DNA of 64,000 nt from a plasmid: sequence record NZ_CP090008.1; one strand, written 5' to 3'. Below, in pieces: positions 40,265 through 50,503 of the stretch (its first letter is position 1; each line of letters starts with the position of its first letter). The notes under the pieces were generated by a model that did no database searches, had not been told where the DNA came from, and saw nothing but the letters and a program-made list of their open reading frames with translations. Made by a program: the position numbers and the translations under genes.

Positions 40265-41812
40265 CTAAAACTCAATTTTAAGCTTTCCACAATGAGCTAA
40301 AAATTGTTCTGCTTCTTTCTTTGCCTCTTCATCTGCGGATTTGTTCCTTTCTCCTTTCAATTGAATGATCCTATTGTTTTTCAATTCAAGAGTATAGAGA
40401 GGGGTTTCTCTGTCAGTTTTATCACGAACAAAGACAATAATAGAAGTTCCGTAGACAAAGTGTTTTTTTGCATAACTTCCAACACAATGATGTAGGGTTT
40501 TGCCTTCTTTGACAATTTCACTTTCGTCTTTAGGAAAGATAAAAGCATACTTGTCAAATGCGGTCTGAGCCTTCATCATGTTTGTCAAACGTTTAGCTGT
40601 TTCAATCTTCAACTTCGCCTCTTTCTTTTCGTCCTCAAGGCGTTGTTTCTCTTCTCTCAAATCTCTGACAGCATTAGTTACACGTAAATATGTACCACGT
40701 GCTTGTTGATTCTCGAGAAGAGCTGAATAATTTTCTACGATCTCTGTATGTTTATTTTCCCAATTTTTTGGGATAACTACATAATCTCCATCAAATGGAA
40801 TTCCCAGAGCTTCTACCATTTCTTGATAGTCCTCATAATCACGAAGGGAGATATTGTTTTTCATCATCCAGTTAATAAAACGAATTGGTTTCACAGTGGA
40901 TGGTATGATACTTTCCAAACGCTTAATTAGTGGCTTCTTGTCAGAAATCATAGCGTCTGTAATCAACTCGTATAACCCCTTGAAAGTTCGACCATATCGT
41001 CTACGCAAATCTTCCTCAAAAAATGCCTTTTCAACATTCATATCCGTATTTTTTAGAAACGGTTTATTCCTTTTAAGAAAGTTCATGGTAACCTTACCCA
41101 TATTTGCATGACCATGTCCTAGACTAGATGAGTAATAAGACCTATAAAAAGTAGACCCTACCAAGTCTTTGACGATTCCACGCGCCTTGATTTTTTGAGC
41201 GAATTCAATACGTTCTCTATATTTATAGAGGTGAGGTAGTACTAAGTTTATCTCAAAATTATCTTTAATCACTTGTCCAAAATCTAAATATCTCAACTCA
41301 GACTTTGTTTGTAATTTCTGAATAAGACTTTCCATATCCCCATAAAGCGTATAGACACTAAATGCACCAGAACCAAAAAAGAGAGCATTCCTCTGATTTT
41401 GGAATCCACTTCTATAGATATCTTTACCTTTTTGGGCTGAAAGATATGGATCCCGGTGGGCTTTAACAATCTTATTGTTGGCAAGCTGATAAAAGTTGTA
41501 AAGTCTGACTTTGAACTTTTCTTTTCCTTTTTCGAAGGATTGAGTCACAGAATACATCTGCATTTCAATGCGTTTCTTTGTAACTCCCATCCAGACATAG
41601 TAGAAAGTATCTCCTACAAAGGTCAAACGGCTATTAAGTGATAAGCGTTTTGTAACCTTTTCCGAAAATTTTTTTCGGTCTGAAGAGATAATTGTCCTGG
41701 ACTTATTAGTCCATTCATAGATAGGAAAATCATTCATCGCCCACTTGAAAAATCCGTTAGGAACTTTTAGACGATTGTCAACGATTTCTTGAATAGTCAT
41801 TTCTTTTGTCAT
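40265..41812 (-). CDS. PcfJ-like conjugative-element protein, 515 aa
   Basis: C-terminal HHCVGSYAKKH…IIVFVRDK segment resembles the PcfJ-like domain found in Gram-positive conjugative elements. A coiled coil precedes it. Confidence 0.45.
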   Translation of the reverse strand: MTKEMTIQEIVDNRLKVPNGFFKWAMNDFPIYEWTNKSRTIISSDRKKFSEKVTKRLSLNSRLTFVGDTFYYVWMGVTKKRIEMQMYSVTQSFEKGKEKFKVRLYNFYQLANNKIVKAHRDPYLSAQKGKDIYRSGFQNQRNALFFGSGAFSVYTLYGDMESLIQKLQTKSELRYLDFGQVIKDNFEINLVLPHLYKYRERIEFAQKIKARGIVKDLVGSTFYRSYYSSSLGHGHANMGKVTMNFLKRNKPFLKNTDMNVEKAFFEEDLRRRYGRTFKGLYELITDAMISDKKPLIKRLESIIPSTVKPIRFINWMMKNNISLRDYEDYQEMVEALGIPFDGDYVVIPKNWENKHTEIVENYSALLENQQARGTYLRVTNAVRDLREEKQRLEDEKKEAKLKIETAKRLTNMMKAQTAFDKYAFIFPKDESEIVKEGKTLHHCVGSYAKKHFVYGTSIIVFVRDKTDRETPLYTLELKNNRIIQLKGERNKSADEEAKKEAEQFLAHCGKLKIEF

Positions 41813-41870
41813 TGTTTTTCTCCTTAATCAATAAAAAATGGCCCTAGGACCATTTTTTTCATCATTTTTG

Positions 41871-42425
41871 TTAAAATTCCCCTTCTTCAACAGATAAATC
41901 TGAAAAAAGATCTAACTGTTTCCCAACCTCTTTAGGCATTTTCTTTGTTTTTGGGGGCTTTTTAGGCTTCTTGGTTGATTCTTTGCTACCAGTAGTCGTT
42001 TTACCTGCTACTGATTTAGTCTCAACTTTAGGGGGGTTCTTTTTAGTTTGGCTCTTCTTTTTGGGATTTTTTGTTGGTTTCTTACTACCAGTAGCCATCC
42101 TACCAAAAACAGAACCTATTTCTACTTCTTCCTCAGTAAAATACTCCTTAACCCAAGAAAAGACCGTATCATCATCAACCATGGCCCCTTGACCATTTTT
42201 ATAGTCAGATTTACTGGCTTTTCTGATGCAGTAACGCATAGCATTCTTAATCGTACGATCAAGGTGTGTTAGGATTCCAGAAATCAGCTCATCATCCTCT
42301 TGATGATCAACTATCCAATTATGAATAGCATCCTCAGTCGGCGTGTGAGCTTCCGCCATTTCATCATCAAAATGGCTTACTGCCATGAAGCGGTCAAAAG
42401 CATCAATCTTAATTTTATCTGTCAT
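41871..42425 (-). CDS. Hypothetical protein with a Lys/Thr/Pro-rich tail and a C-terminal QLDLF motif
   Basis: 184 aa. The C-terminus …KQLDLFSDLSVEEGEF contains a beta-clamp-binding-like QL[SD]LF pentapeptide. Confidence 0.5.
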   Translation of the reverse strand: MTDKIKIDAFDRFMAVSHFDDEMAEAHTPTEDAIHNWIVDHQEDDELISGILTHLDRTIKNAMRYCIRKASKSDYKNGQGAMVDDDTVFSWVKEYFTEEEVEIGSVFGRMATGSKKPTKNPKKKSQTKKNPPKVETKSVAGKTTTGSKESTKKPKKPPKTKKMPKEVGKQLDLFSDLSVEEGEF

Positions 42426-42440
42426 TGTTTTTCTCCTCTT

Positions 42441-43241
42441 TTATTTAACTAAAGCTACGTTTCGTTTCCCATCTTGTCCTTGTTTCATTTCTAAAACATC
42501 ATGTGGGATTAAAAAGTCATCTTGATAGGCTGTTGTAACGACACTTAATCCTGCAGAAACAGCCTTAAGTACTGCTTCTACTTCTTCTTGTGTATTAGCT
42601 TCACCGATAAATAAGACATTGGGATTAAAGCGTGGGACTAAAGTGACCAGAGCATCATAGTCCATACGGTTAACCTCATTGACTTGTAGCTGGCCAAAAG
42701 ATACATCCTTAATTTCGACATGTCTTTCAATTGTCATTACTTGCCCTTCTTTAAAAGCTTCAGCAATTATCAAGTAGGCTAAAGTCGTTTTGCCAACACC
42801 TGCACGACCAGTAATGATGTGTAAGCCCGGAATGCGTACTTGTTCAAGTACGTTTTCCAAGCTACTATCAAAATCAAAGTCACGTAAACAAACTCGATGC
42901 TCATCCCTATTGATACAATCTAATAGTCGTATAGCCATCGTTTCTAGTCCTCGAAAATCGCCTACCGTGGATATCCTGATGGTGATAACTCTCCCATCAT
43001 CCAACGGATAGTCACAAGTACCTAGTTGCCCACGCCGTTTTTCGATCACAATCATATCAGCCGTAACTTTTATATGATTAAATAGAACATCCGCATCTTC
43101 TGATGAAATGTGGTCATAGACCTGTTTGACACCAGCTTTTCTAAATGCTACCTCGTATTCTTCACCATGTGGGAAGAAGGTAATATCTTGGATATTGTTA
43201 TCGATAGCTTCTTTCAAAGCCTGTTTAATGTAAGTAATCAT
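42441..43241 (-). CDS. Compact PilT/GspE/VirB11-superfamily ATPase, about 266 aa
   Basis: Walker A GRAGVGKTT, Walker B/Asp box NVLFIGEANTQEEVEA, His-box-like LSVVTTAYQDD. ATG at 43241 follows the RBS GAGGAG. Confidence 0.5.
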   Translation of the reverse strand: MITYIKQALKEAIDNNIQDITFFPHGEEYEVAFRKAGVKQVYDHISSEDADVLFNHIKVTADMIVIEKRRGQLGTCDYPLDDGRVITIRISTVGDFRGLETMAIRLLDCINRDEHRVCLRDFDFDSSLENVLEQVRIPGLHIITGRAGVGKTTLAYLIIAEAFKEGQVMTIERHVEIKDVSFGQLQVNEVNRMDYDALVTLVPRFNPNVLFIGEANTQEEVEAVLKAVSAGLSVVTTAYQDDFLIPHDVLEMKQGQDGKRNVALVK

Positions 43242-43254
43242 TGTTTTTCTCCTC

Positions 43255-44739
43255 TCAGAACTCAAACAAGCTTAACTGCTCACCTTCAGTCGTTGGTTTA
43301 TCGTCAAGTGGCTTTCGACAAGCTACTAGTGCTTTTGGCACCTTCTCGACCTTATAAATAGGTTGCATGGCATAGTAGTTCTCAAAGAACGTATCAAAAA
43401 ATGCAAACAAAAGGTGTCGACATTGCCTTAAAGCCCTATACTCTAATCGAGTATAGTAAGTTGTTTCATCAGATAGCAATTCTGAATCCTTGGTATAAGT
43501 TTCAAAAACCCACCATTCAAAGCCACGTGCAAACACCTCGGTTGGTGTCAAATAATAGTCCAACTTCTTCTTAATGTGAACAGCTTGAGCTAAGTCCGTT
43601 CTGGTTTCCTCAGCTATTTGAATTAACTTCAGCAAGCTAGCCTTGTAGATATATCGAATATCTTTAAAGCTATGTGACGTAGAACTAATGATTCCAGTTT
43701 TATCATACGTATAGTCTAAATAATGTCCATACTCATGTATGAATGATGAGGAATCTCTTACATCAACTGCCATGATATTTAACCCTGGCACATAAAGTCC
43801 GCTTGCTTTATGTTTTCCTAGCTTTCGGAATTTGAGTTCAGGTTCTACAGTCGAATGAGGTAAGTGATTACACAACTTCTCCCATTCGTTCTCTAAAACT
43901 TTAAATTTCTCCTTGTCAAAATCACTACCTCGATAACGCTCAGTATCAACTTCAACTTTCGAAAACCCTAAATCAAGAAATGACGTGTTACTGTTCATTT
44001 CATTATCTTGAAAGATTTTATCCTCACGCACACTGGCTATCGTCTTAGTTGACTGATTAACATATTGTGCATTAAGGTTGGCTGCAAGAGCATCTTCATA
44101 CTCTCTTTTAAGAACGTTAGCTATCTTTTGGATATTTCCATAATAACTACATTCCTTATAGATACCTTCACTATGGATAGACATCAATTCAAGAAAGCTA
44201 AAAGATACTAGTCCATACCTTGTTTGAGAACTTCTCTCTCTCCAAAAACTTAGGTTTTTCTTCAAAGGTACTCTAACCTTTGAATCGTCGACAATGAGAA
44301 GATACAAAGTGCGTTTGGTATTTTCTGCGCTTTTAGTAGCAGGTAATCTACTCCCATGGAGTGTGAGAAGAATCTGTTCACCGAAAAGGTGTTCGTGATT
44401 TTCTTCATCCCTCAAGCTCATGCTCTCGAACAGTCTTTTTAGCTTATTCGAAAAATGTGCTTGATCATAACCAATGGTTTCAATATCAGCCATGATGTCT
44501 TTGACTTTATAGGCTGTATAAACATTATCTTGTCCAAATACCTCTACTGCTAGTGCTCCGACTTCTTGAGATAAAAGTTCCTGACCTTGATATCTGCGAA
44601 TATTCGCATAGTAAGTACAAAACTTTCTCACGATATCTGCAGCTTTATCAGTCTCTTTTATCTTAGGAAAAGTGACTTTTTTAGTCGTTTGCTGTGCTAC
44701 TGCTAGTAAATTAGTCATTGTTTTTCTCCTTAATAGCAA
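43255..44739 (-). CDS. Hypothetical protein with an HExxH metallopeptidase-like motif and a C-terminal QLSLF
   Basis: FIHEYGHYLDY (HExxH). The C-terminus …TEGEQLSLFEF is a second clamp-binding-like motif, in the gene next to the first. Confidence 0.5.
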   Translation of the reverse strand: MLLRRKTMTNLLAVAQQTTKKVTFPKIKETDKAADIVRKFCTYYANIRRYQGQELLSQEVGALAVEVFGQDNVYTAYKVKDIMADIETIGYDQAHFSNKLKRLFESMSLRDEENHEHLFGEQILLTLHGSRLPATKSAENTKRTLYLLIVDDSKVRVPLKKNLSFWRERSSQTRYGLVSFSFLELMSIHSEGIYKECSYYGNIQKIANVLKREYEDALAANLNAQYVNQSTKTIASVREDKIFQDNEMNSNTSFLDLGFSKVEVDTERYRGSDFDKEKFKVLENEWEKLCNHLPHSTVEPELKFRKLGKHKASGLYVPGLNIMAVDVRDSSSFIHEYGHYLDYTYDKTGIISSTSHSFKDIRYIYKASLLKLIQIAEETRTDLAQAVHIKKKLDYYLTPTEVFARGFEWWVFETYTKDSELLSDETTYYTRLEYRALRQCRHLLFAFFDTFFENYYAMQPIYKVEKVPKALVACRKPLDDKPTTEGEQLSLFEF

Positions 44740-44855
44740 AAAGGAAGGTAAAGCTTAAAGCTACTACCTTCCTCTTTCTCTTATATGTACTGTGTACGAT
44801 ACACTATGAACTATACATAGTATAACATGCAATTTATTGCGTAAAAAAAGGAAAC

Positions 44856-45428
44856 CTAATTATTGTTATCAAGTTTCCTTGCATAATCTCGTTTGTGACT
44901 CTCTATATTTCGAGAAATATCATTCTTATCCCAGATTTGTAACTCCCAAGGATAATAGAAATGACTCTTGTTTTTAAAGTAGAGATGGATGCCAGTATAG
45001 TCTTCAGTATCTTTTAAATACCAATTTTTTAGACCGTATTCTTCCTTCCAATCATCTAAACGATCCATCACTTCAGTAATGACAGATGTTGGCAAAATGA
45101 CACGTGCTCCAAAAATATCATTTAAAACCGAATTTACTGGATACCCTTCTGGTCTTTTAGTAAAACGCTCAATCTTATCTAAAATAGATTCAGATGTCTT
45201 CACTCTATAGAAGTAACTAATATCTCTGACATCTGCTACCATCAAATAATCGTTGATAGATTCGTGCAGATTCAAACGATATTTTAGAATCTCATCAACT
45301 GGTACCTTCGCAAAAGTGTTATTAAGATTGACTTTAGCAAGTTTACCATTTTCAAAATACTCTTCTGAATACTTTATATGAATGGTGTTGATTTCAAAGA
45401 TCAGTCGCTCTACTTTCTTGATATCCAA
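44856..45428 (-). CDS. Hypothetical protein, 190 aa
   Basis: ORF in the same minus-strand operon. Confidence 0.4.
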   Translation of the reverse strand: MDIKKVERLIFEINTIHIKYSEEYFENGKLAKVNLNNTFAKVPVDEILKYRLNLHESINDYLMVADVRDISYFYRVKTSESILDKIERFTKRPEGYPVNSVLNDIFGARVILPTSVITEVMDRLDDWKEEYGLKNWYLKDTEDYTGIHLYFKNKSHFYYPWELQIWDKNDISRNIESHKRDYARKLDNNN

Positions 45429-45459
45429 CCCTTATACGTCTCCAAATAATTTTTCTTCA

Positions 45460-46800
45460 TTATACCATATCCTGTTTATTAAACGTTTTGAACTTAATCT
45501 TTTCTTCTGGGGAAGCTTTCAAAAGGAAATCATCAATTCCCTTTTCGTGAGGCCAGATTAGAGCACGAACCGTACAAGATTGCTTAGTAACTAGATCTTG
45601 AACCATGTCATACATACGTTCAAATACCGAGTCATTATCCTCAAAGTCTTGGTCAAATGCAAGATAAATTGGTTTAACCTTTTTGAGTTCAGTCTTTCCG
45701 ATAAAGTCCGAGATAGGACGCCATGCTGCTACTCCTGCCATAGAGATAACACAGATATTCCCCAATTGAAAAAGACGAGTGTTTTTCGCAACTGATGCAG
45801 TGATATCTCCTTTAAGCAAACCTTCCGTAACTAGAAGGTTATCAACTTTACTCATAAGGTTTACTTTAGCCTTACCTGCATCCGAAAAGCGTGCTTGTTT
45901 TAAAATATCATCGGAATAAGCAAAATGGGGAAAAGACTTAGCACTTGTTCCTTCTGGCTTATATGCTGACGAAACAAAGACATATTTTTGCCCTTTTTTA
46001 AATGTCAACTCAAGTCCAGAACGAAGTTTAACACTAGTTTCCTTAGTTGTCCCACTTGCTAGTTCGTGTGATGAACCTTTAGCAAACACATACCAATCGA
46101 AACTTCCATCGTCATTTTGGAAGACCTTAGCAGTACGTGCATTTCGTCCCTCTTGAAAGGCTTCGTTTACTTTGGCTTGATAACTAACGTTATCAAGACG
46201 TACTTGAAAACCTACAATTTGTCCCCAAGAATTGCGACATGGAATTAGGATTCCATCTTTTGATTCAAAAATAGGACATTTTGCGTTTTCGTTCCAATAG
46301 AAACCAGGAACTCCACGCCAAGCGTCTTTAGGAAGTCCATTTGCAACAAAAAGCTTTTCCCAAATAGTTGCTGGATGAGATACTGTTGTATCAACCTGCT
46401 TCTGGCGTGTTTGCTTTGTTGATGAAGCGTAGCCACGCAGTGCAATGGTCTCAACAGAAAGACCTCGTTCCGCACTTGTTAAGTGCTCTACATGTTCCTT
46501 AGTCAATCCCAACACATCAATAACAAGAGAATTTACTTTGTGAAGTGTTGAGATACTTGCCAAAGGTTGACTTTTCCAACTAGGTTCAAAAGTCACCTCT
46601 TTCGCTTTTTTAGGGTCCAAATCATAAATAGTCCCAGCACTACCAAATTGTGGTTTGTCTAGGTCAATCTTTCTAGCACAGACAGCCTTAGTCTGATCTG
46701 CAAAAACCAGACACCAATCTGGTTTCCCACAAATAGGACAAGGGTAATCACGTCCTACCCTAATCATTTCGGTTTGTCCAATCGTAATAATTTTTGTCAT
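45460..46800 (-). CDS. Zinc-finger/Toprim primase-like protein, 446 aa
   Basis: N-terminal CPICGKPDWC…C zinc ribbon. C-terminal IYLAFDQDFEDND (Toprim DxD). RBS AAGGAGAAAAAA. Preceded by a 320-nt leader. Confidence 0.5.
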   Translation of the reverse strand: MTKIITIGQTEMIRVGRDYPCPICGKPDWCLVFADQTKAVCARKIDLDKPQFGSAGTIYDLDPKKAKEVTFEPSWKSQPLASISTLHKVNSLVIDVLGLTKEHVEHLTSAERGLSVETIALRGYASSTKQTRQKQVDTTVSHPATIWEKLFVANGLPKDAWRGVPGFYWNENAKCPIFESKDGILIPCRNSWGQIVGFQVRLDNVSYQAKVNEAFQEGRNARTAKVFQNDDGSFDWYVFAKGSSHELASGTTKETSVKLRSGLELTFKKGQKYVFVSSAYKPEGTSAKSFPHFAYSDDILKQARFSDAGKAKVNLMSKVDNLLVTEGLLKGDITASVAKNTRLFQLGNICVISMAGVAAWRPISDFIGKTELKKVKPIYLAFDQDFEDNDSVFERMYDMVQDLVTKQSCTVRALIWPHEKGIDDFLLKASPEEKIKFKTFNKQDMV

Positions 46801-47299
46801 TTTTTTCTCCTTATAAAATATAACATTGTTGTTGTAAAGTGACCTTAGAAAGTCTCAAACACCTGTTCGAAGCCTTTCCTCCGTTTGCCGACAAGTTAGA
46901 GTTGGGAACACCTGTTCCTCACCTCTAATCATCGAGATGTCGCCTTCCTTTTTCGTCCGTCTACCCAAACTCAAAACAAAAAAAGCATAACAAAGAAGCC
47001 GGCAAGCCTTGTCTCAAAAAACAAGGTTGCGCGTGCCTATGGCAAACCATAGGATAAACTTCTCGTTATGCTTAGTTGCTAATAACGTTTGTTGTAGCCT
47101 TTCAAAAAATTAAAGGCAAATTATCTCGTACCTGTTGTAAGCGTCAAGCCCCTTCTTCTGTCTGATGGCTTAACTGATAGCTAAAAGCGAGTACGCTCCC
47201 TTTTAACCCAATCAAACATGTGATACCTATTGCTGGGACAGAACCAGTAATAGCATCTCCTCTTCCATGTTTACTTTTAAAATAGTCACTTGACTATGA

Positions 47300-48460
47300 A
47301 TTCACCGTTAGAGGTAGTGAAAAAAGATATAAATATAATTATTTATGACTTTAGTATAGCAAAGAGAAACTAACATTACAAGTTAATCGTTATTCGAATT
47401 ATAACTATATATACTACTCTTCATTGTATTATATACTATACATAGTCTATAGTTTACAACACATTATGTATAGCTCACCATTCGTAACAAACGTAGAACC
47501 AAACGTCATGAAATAAAGCATACAAGATACATTACTAAACTATGTATCTTGTATCGTAAATCACCTATTACGCTCTTTATACTATTTTTTATATATAACT
47601 TATTAAACAATAAAATGTAATCATATATATAGTTTCAAAATGTATCGTTCACTATACATCGTAGACTATCTACAATATACGATAAATAATAAACAATATA
47701 TTATTTACACTACATATTGTATCGTGTATAGCAATGTATGTTGATGTTCTTTATTTTCAGAAGTATTTAATAAAAGATATACGATACAATACTTAGTAAT
47801 ACATTATTTAACTATATACTCTACATCGTCTATAATATACGATAAAAGATTTACAATTTGTTTCATTACTCATATATATAGTAATGCTATGTATAGTGTA
47901 GTGTGTAAATTGTATTACGTTTGAGTTAGAACTCGAATATGATGCTATACACTATATATCAATACAGTATGTATAATATATAGTGGTAATATACATCGTC
48001 TAATATACATTATCTTATTTTATATAACATATAGTGTATCGGGTATACTCTAGTTATGGTTTGATACTCTGTAATATTTTTTGTTATTGAATAGTATAAG
48101 GAATAGATGAAAGATATACGATATAATACTTAGCAATACATTATTTAATAATATATTTTACATCGTCTACCGTACATTCTTATATTTTATATAATATATA
48201 ATGTATCGTGTATTATTCTTGCTGAGTTTTGATACTATGATATATGCTTTTTTTCAAAACAGCATATAGTGAACGATACACTATGTATAACTTAATGCGT
48301 AACAATCAGGTTTTAAAAAGTTTTATATACTATACATAGTGTATCTTGTATTATTTACGATATATCTACATACTACTTGATATTCGATTTCTATATGGTA
48401 TACTTTAAGTAGTTAATTACATGTATCGTTTTGTTATACATAGTGTATCGTATATATTGT
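47300..48460. repeat. AT-rich repeat field upstream of parA, with at least four TACATCGTCTA-type iterons, repeated ATAGTGTATCG motifs and two 70-bp repeats
   Basis: The 70-bp units at 47776-47870 and 48103-48215 are about 85% identical. TACATCGT(C/A) occurs at about 47655, 47825, 47993 and 48160. CATAGTGTATC occurs three times in 48290-48460. No ORFs. Confidence 0.6.
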
Positions 48461-48476
48461 ATTGAGAGGAGTAGAT

Positions 48477-49307
48477 ATGGTTGCAAATACAATCGTAGTA
48501 ATGGATGAAAAAGGAGGAGCAGCCAAAACAACATTAAGTTTATTATTGGCTCAAGCTCTAGGAAATGCTGGCTATAAAACGTGTGCAGGTGACTTAGATG
48601 GACAGTGCAATCTAACTACAGCAGCAGGAGTGAACGAAGACGAACAAGAAGGTATTTATTCTGTACTAAAAAAAGAAGTAGAAGTAGCTGATGCTATTGT
48701 CCCGGTTGACGGATATGATCTGCTTCCAGGTAGTAAGCTGATGAAGAACTGGGAGAGTGAAGCATCTGGTTTAAAAGATAGAGATTTTCGTTTAAGAAAT
48801 GTTGTTCAAGATATCAATGACTACTATGATTTTGTTCTCTTTGATACCCCTCCTTTCTTTGGCGTTTCAACAACTAGTACGCTTTTTACTAATTCTAAAG
48901 TTTTTGTACTTATCCCTACAACACCTGATAAGTTTGGTATCGAAGGTGTAAAGGATACAATCGAAGATATTGAAGCAGTTCAAGAAGGATTCTCTTTCTT
49001 TGGAATTGATATTGTTATAGCTGGGATCGTTATAACTCAGGTTGATAAAGGGCCAGGCTTTAGTAAAAAATCAATTAAACAAGTCAAAGCAAGAGAAGCA
49101 GTATCAACTCTTGAGAAAATTGCGGAAGAACATAATACTAAAGTTTTTGAGCAATACTTATTTAATAATAAACAATACAAAGATATGATTGCTAATCAAG
49201 CAAATGTTTTTACAAATAGTGGCTATAGCATCCCTCAAAAACAAATCACAAATGTTATGAATGAACTAATTAAGACGATTGGAGAACACGATGCCGAAAA
49301 AGCTTAA
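48477..49307 (+). CDS. parA: ParA/Soj-family partition ATPase
   Basis: Deviant Walker A VVMDEKGGAAKTT and Walker A' FVLFDTPP. ATG at 48477 follows the RBS GAGAGGAG. Confidence 0.8.
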   Translation: MVANTIVVMDEKGGAAKTTLSLLLAQALGNAGYKTCAGDLDGQCNLTTAAGVNEDEQEGIYSVLKKEVEVADAIVPVDGYDLLPGSKLMKNWESEASGLKDRDFRLRNVVQDINDYYDFVLFDTPPFFGVSTTSTLFTNSKVFVLIPTTPDKFGIEGVKDTIEDIEAVQEGFSFFGIDIVIAGIVITQVDKGPGFSKKSIKQVKAREAVSTLEKIAEEHNTKVFEQYLFNNKQYKDMIANQANVFTNSGYSIPQKQITNVMNELIKTIGEHDAEKA

Positions 49308-49815
49308 TACAATCCAACAAAGAAATTTTAATAACCTTTTATCAGCTGTTGAATCAAATGATCGCACAACAGCTAAAGAAGTATTTGACCGTTTTTTTAA
49401 AGGGAAAGAGATTGAAGAAGTAGTAATTGATAAACTTAAGGAGAAGCATGATATTGCTTTTCTAACTGAAGAAATTGTAGAACCCAAAAAGGCTGCTGTT
49501 TCTCCTAAAAAAGTAAACATTGTTACTCAGAAAAAAGAAAAAAACAAAATTCCTACTAAACTTGAACCAGCAAAAACCCCGGAAGAAAAAGTGCGTTCAA
49601 ATCTAAACATGACACAATTATCAATGTCTCGTTTTAGTGCATTAAGAGCTGTTTTAAATAAAAAAGACCTCAAAGGAGAAAATGGCAATTATCCTAAACG
49701 TGGAGGATCTGATAAGCTATTCACTGAAATGTTAGATCAGATGTACCAACTTCTAGATGAAGAACAAAAAGAGTTGTTTAATACATTGGTAGAAACTGAG
49801 ATGAGTTTTAAATAA
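49291..49815 (+). CDS. Small partition-adaptor protein (ParB/ParG-like role inferred from position)
   Basis: Overlaps the parA 3' end by 17 nt. Lys-rich, about 174 aa. No recognisable ParB-box. Confidence 0.4.
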   Translation: MPKKLNTIQQRNFNNLLSAVESNDRTTAKEVFDRFFKGKEIEEVVIDKLKEKHDIAFLTEEIVEPKKAAVSPKKVNIVTQKKEKNKIPTKLEPAKTPEEKVRSNLNMTQLSMSRFSALRAVLNKKDLKGENGNYPKRGGSDKLFTEMLDQMYQLLDEEQKELFNTLVETEMSFK

Positions 49816-50087
49816 TCTAATTTAACATGTAGTTATCATACAAAAATGTAGGTAACTCGAATTGAAATCATTTTTTGCATACAAAAGTGTAGGTAATTAC
49901 TACACTTTTTGTTTTGTTGTGATTTTAAATATAGTTTAGAGAGAACATAGTGATGTTTTAAAGCTTATTATTACTAATTTTGTTTTAGTAATAATAGTTT
50001 AAATAGTATTAAGTAGTATTAAGTGGTTAATTATAGTTTAAGTAGTAGAACTCCTGAAACCCTTGCTATTATTGAGCTAAGCCTACC

Positions 50088-50320
50088 TTTATCATATAAA
50101 AGTGTATGTATATCCTACATATTGGCAGGTATATCATATAACTTTGCATGAAAGTCACACAAAGTTGTATGTTAAGTCTACAAAAATGTATGTATGTCAT
50201 ATAAAATTGCAGGCGTATCCTACAAAACGGTATGTATGTCCTATAAATTTGTATGTTAAGTCTACAAAAATGCATGTATGTCATATAAAATTGCATGTAT
50301 ATCCTACAAAATGGTTGTAA
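50088..50320. repeat. About eleven tandem 21-bp iterons (an 84-bp super-repeat of four sub-units), probably the oriV/Rep-binding array
   Basis: For example gtatgttaagtctacaaaaat at 50167 and 50251, and g(t/c)atgtatgtcatataaaatt at 50188 and 50272. The repeats are contiguous with no spacers and lie immediately upstream of the Rep gene. Confidence 0.7.
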
Positions 50321-50503
50321 ATTTAAAAAAATACTATGAAAATCAGAATATTAGTGATATAATGTCATACAAAAGGGTTGTAAATTAATATTTTTATACC
50401 CTGTCACATATTGCAGTAAGTAATTAGCTTGTAGTAAAATAATTACTTTTATTTAAAATACAACCAAAATGTATGATGAATGAACTAAGAGAGGTAGAAG
50501 CAT

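Noticed and set aside
41641-41680. A dif-like palindromic motif CTTTTCCGAAAATTTTTTTCGG resembling two XerS left arms
   Set aside because: It lies inside the PcfJ-like coding sequence and lacks the asymmetric right arm. Most likely coincidental, though it could be checked as a cryptic XerS site.
50088-50320. A tandem array of about 21-bp repeats that superficially resembles a CRISPR array
   Set aside because: The repeats are directly contiguous with no unique spacers, form an 84-bp super-period, and lie immediately upstream of a Rep gene and downstream of parAB. They are iterons, not CRISPR. No cas genes are present.
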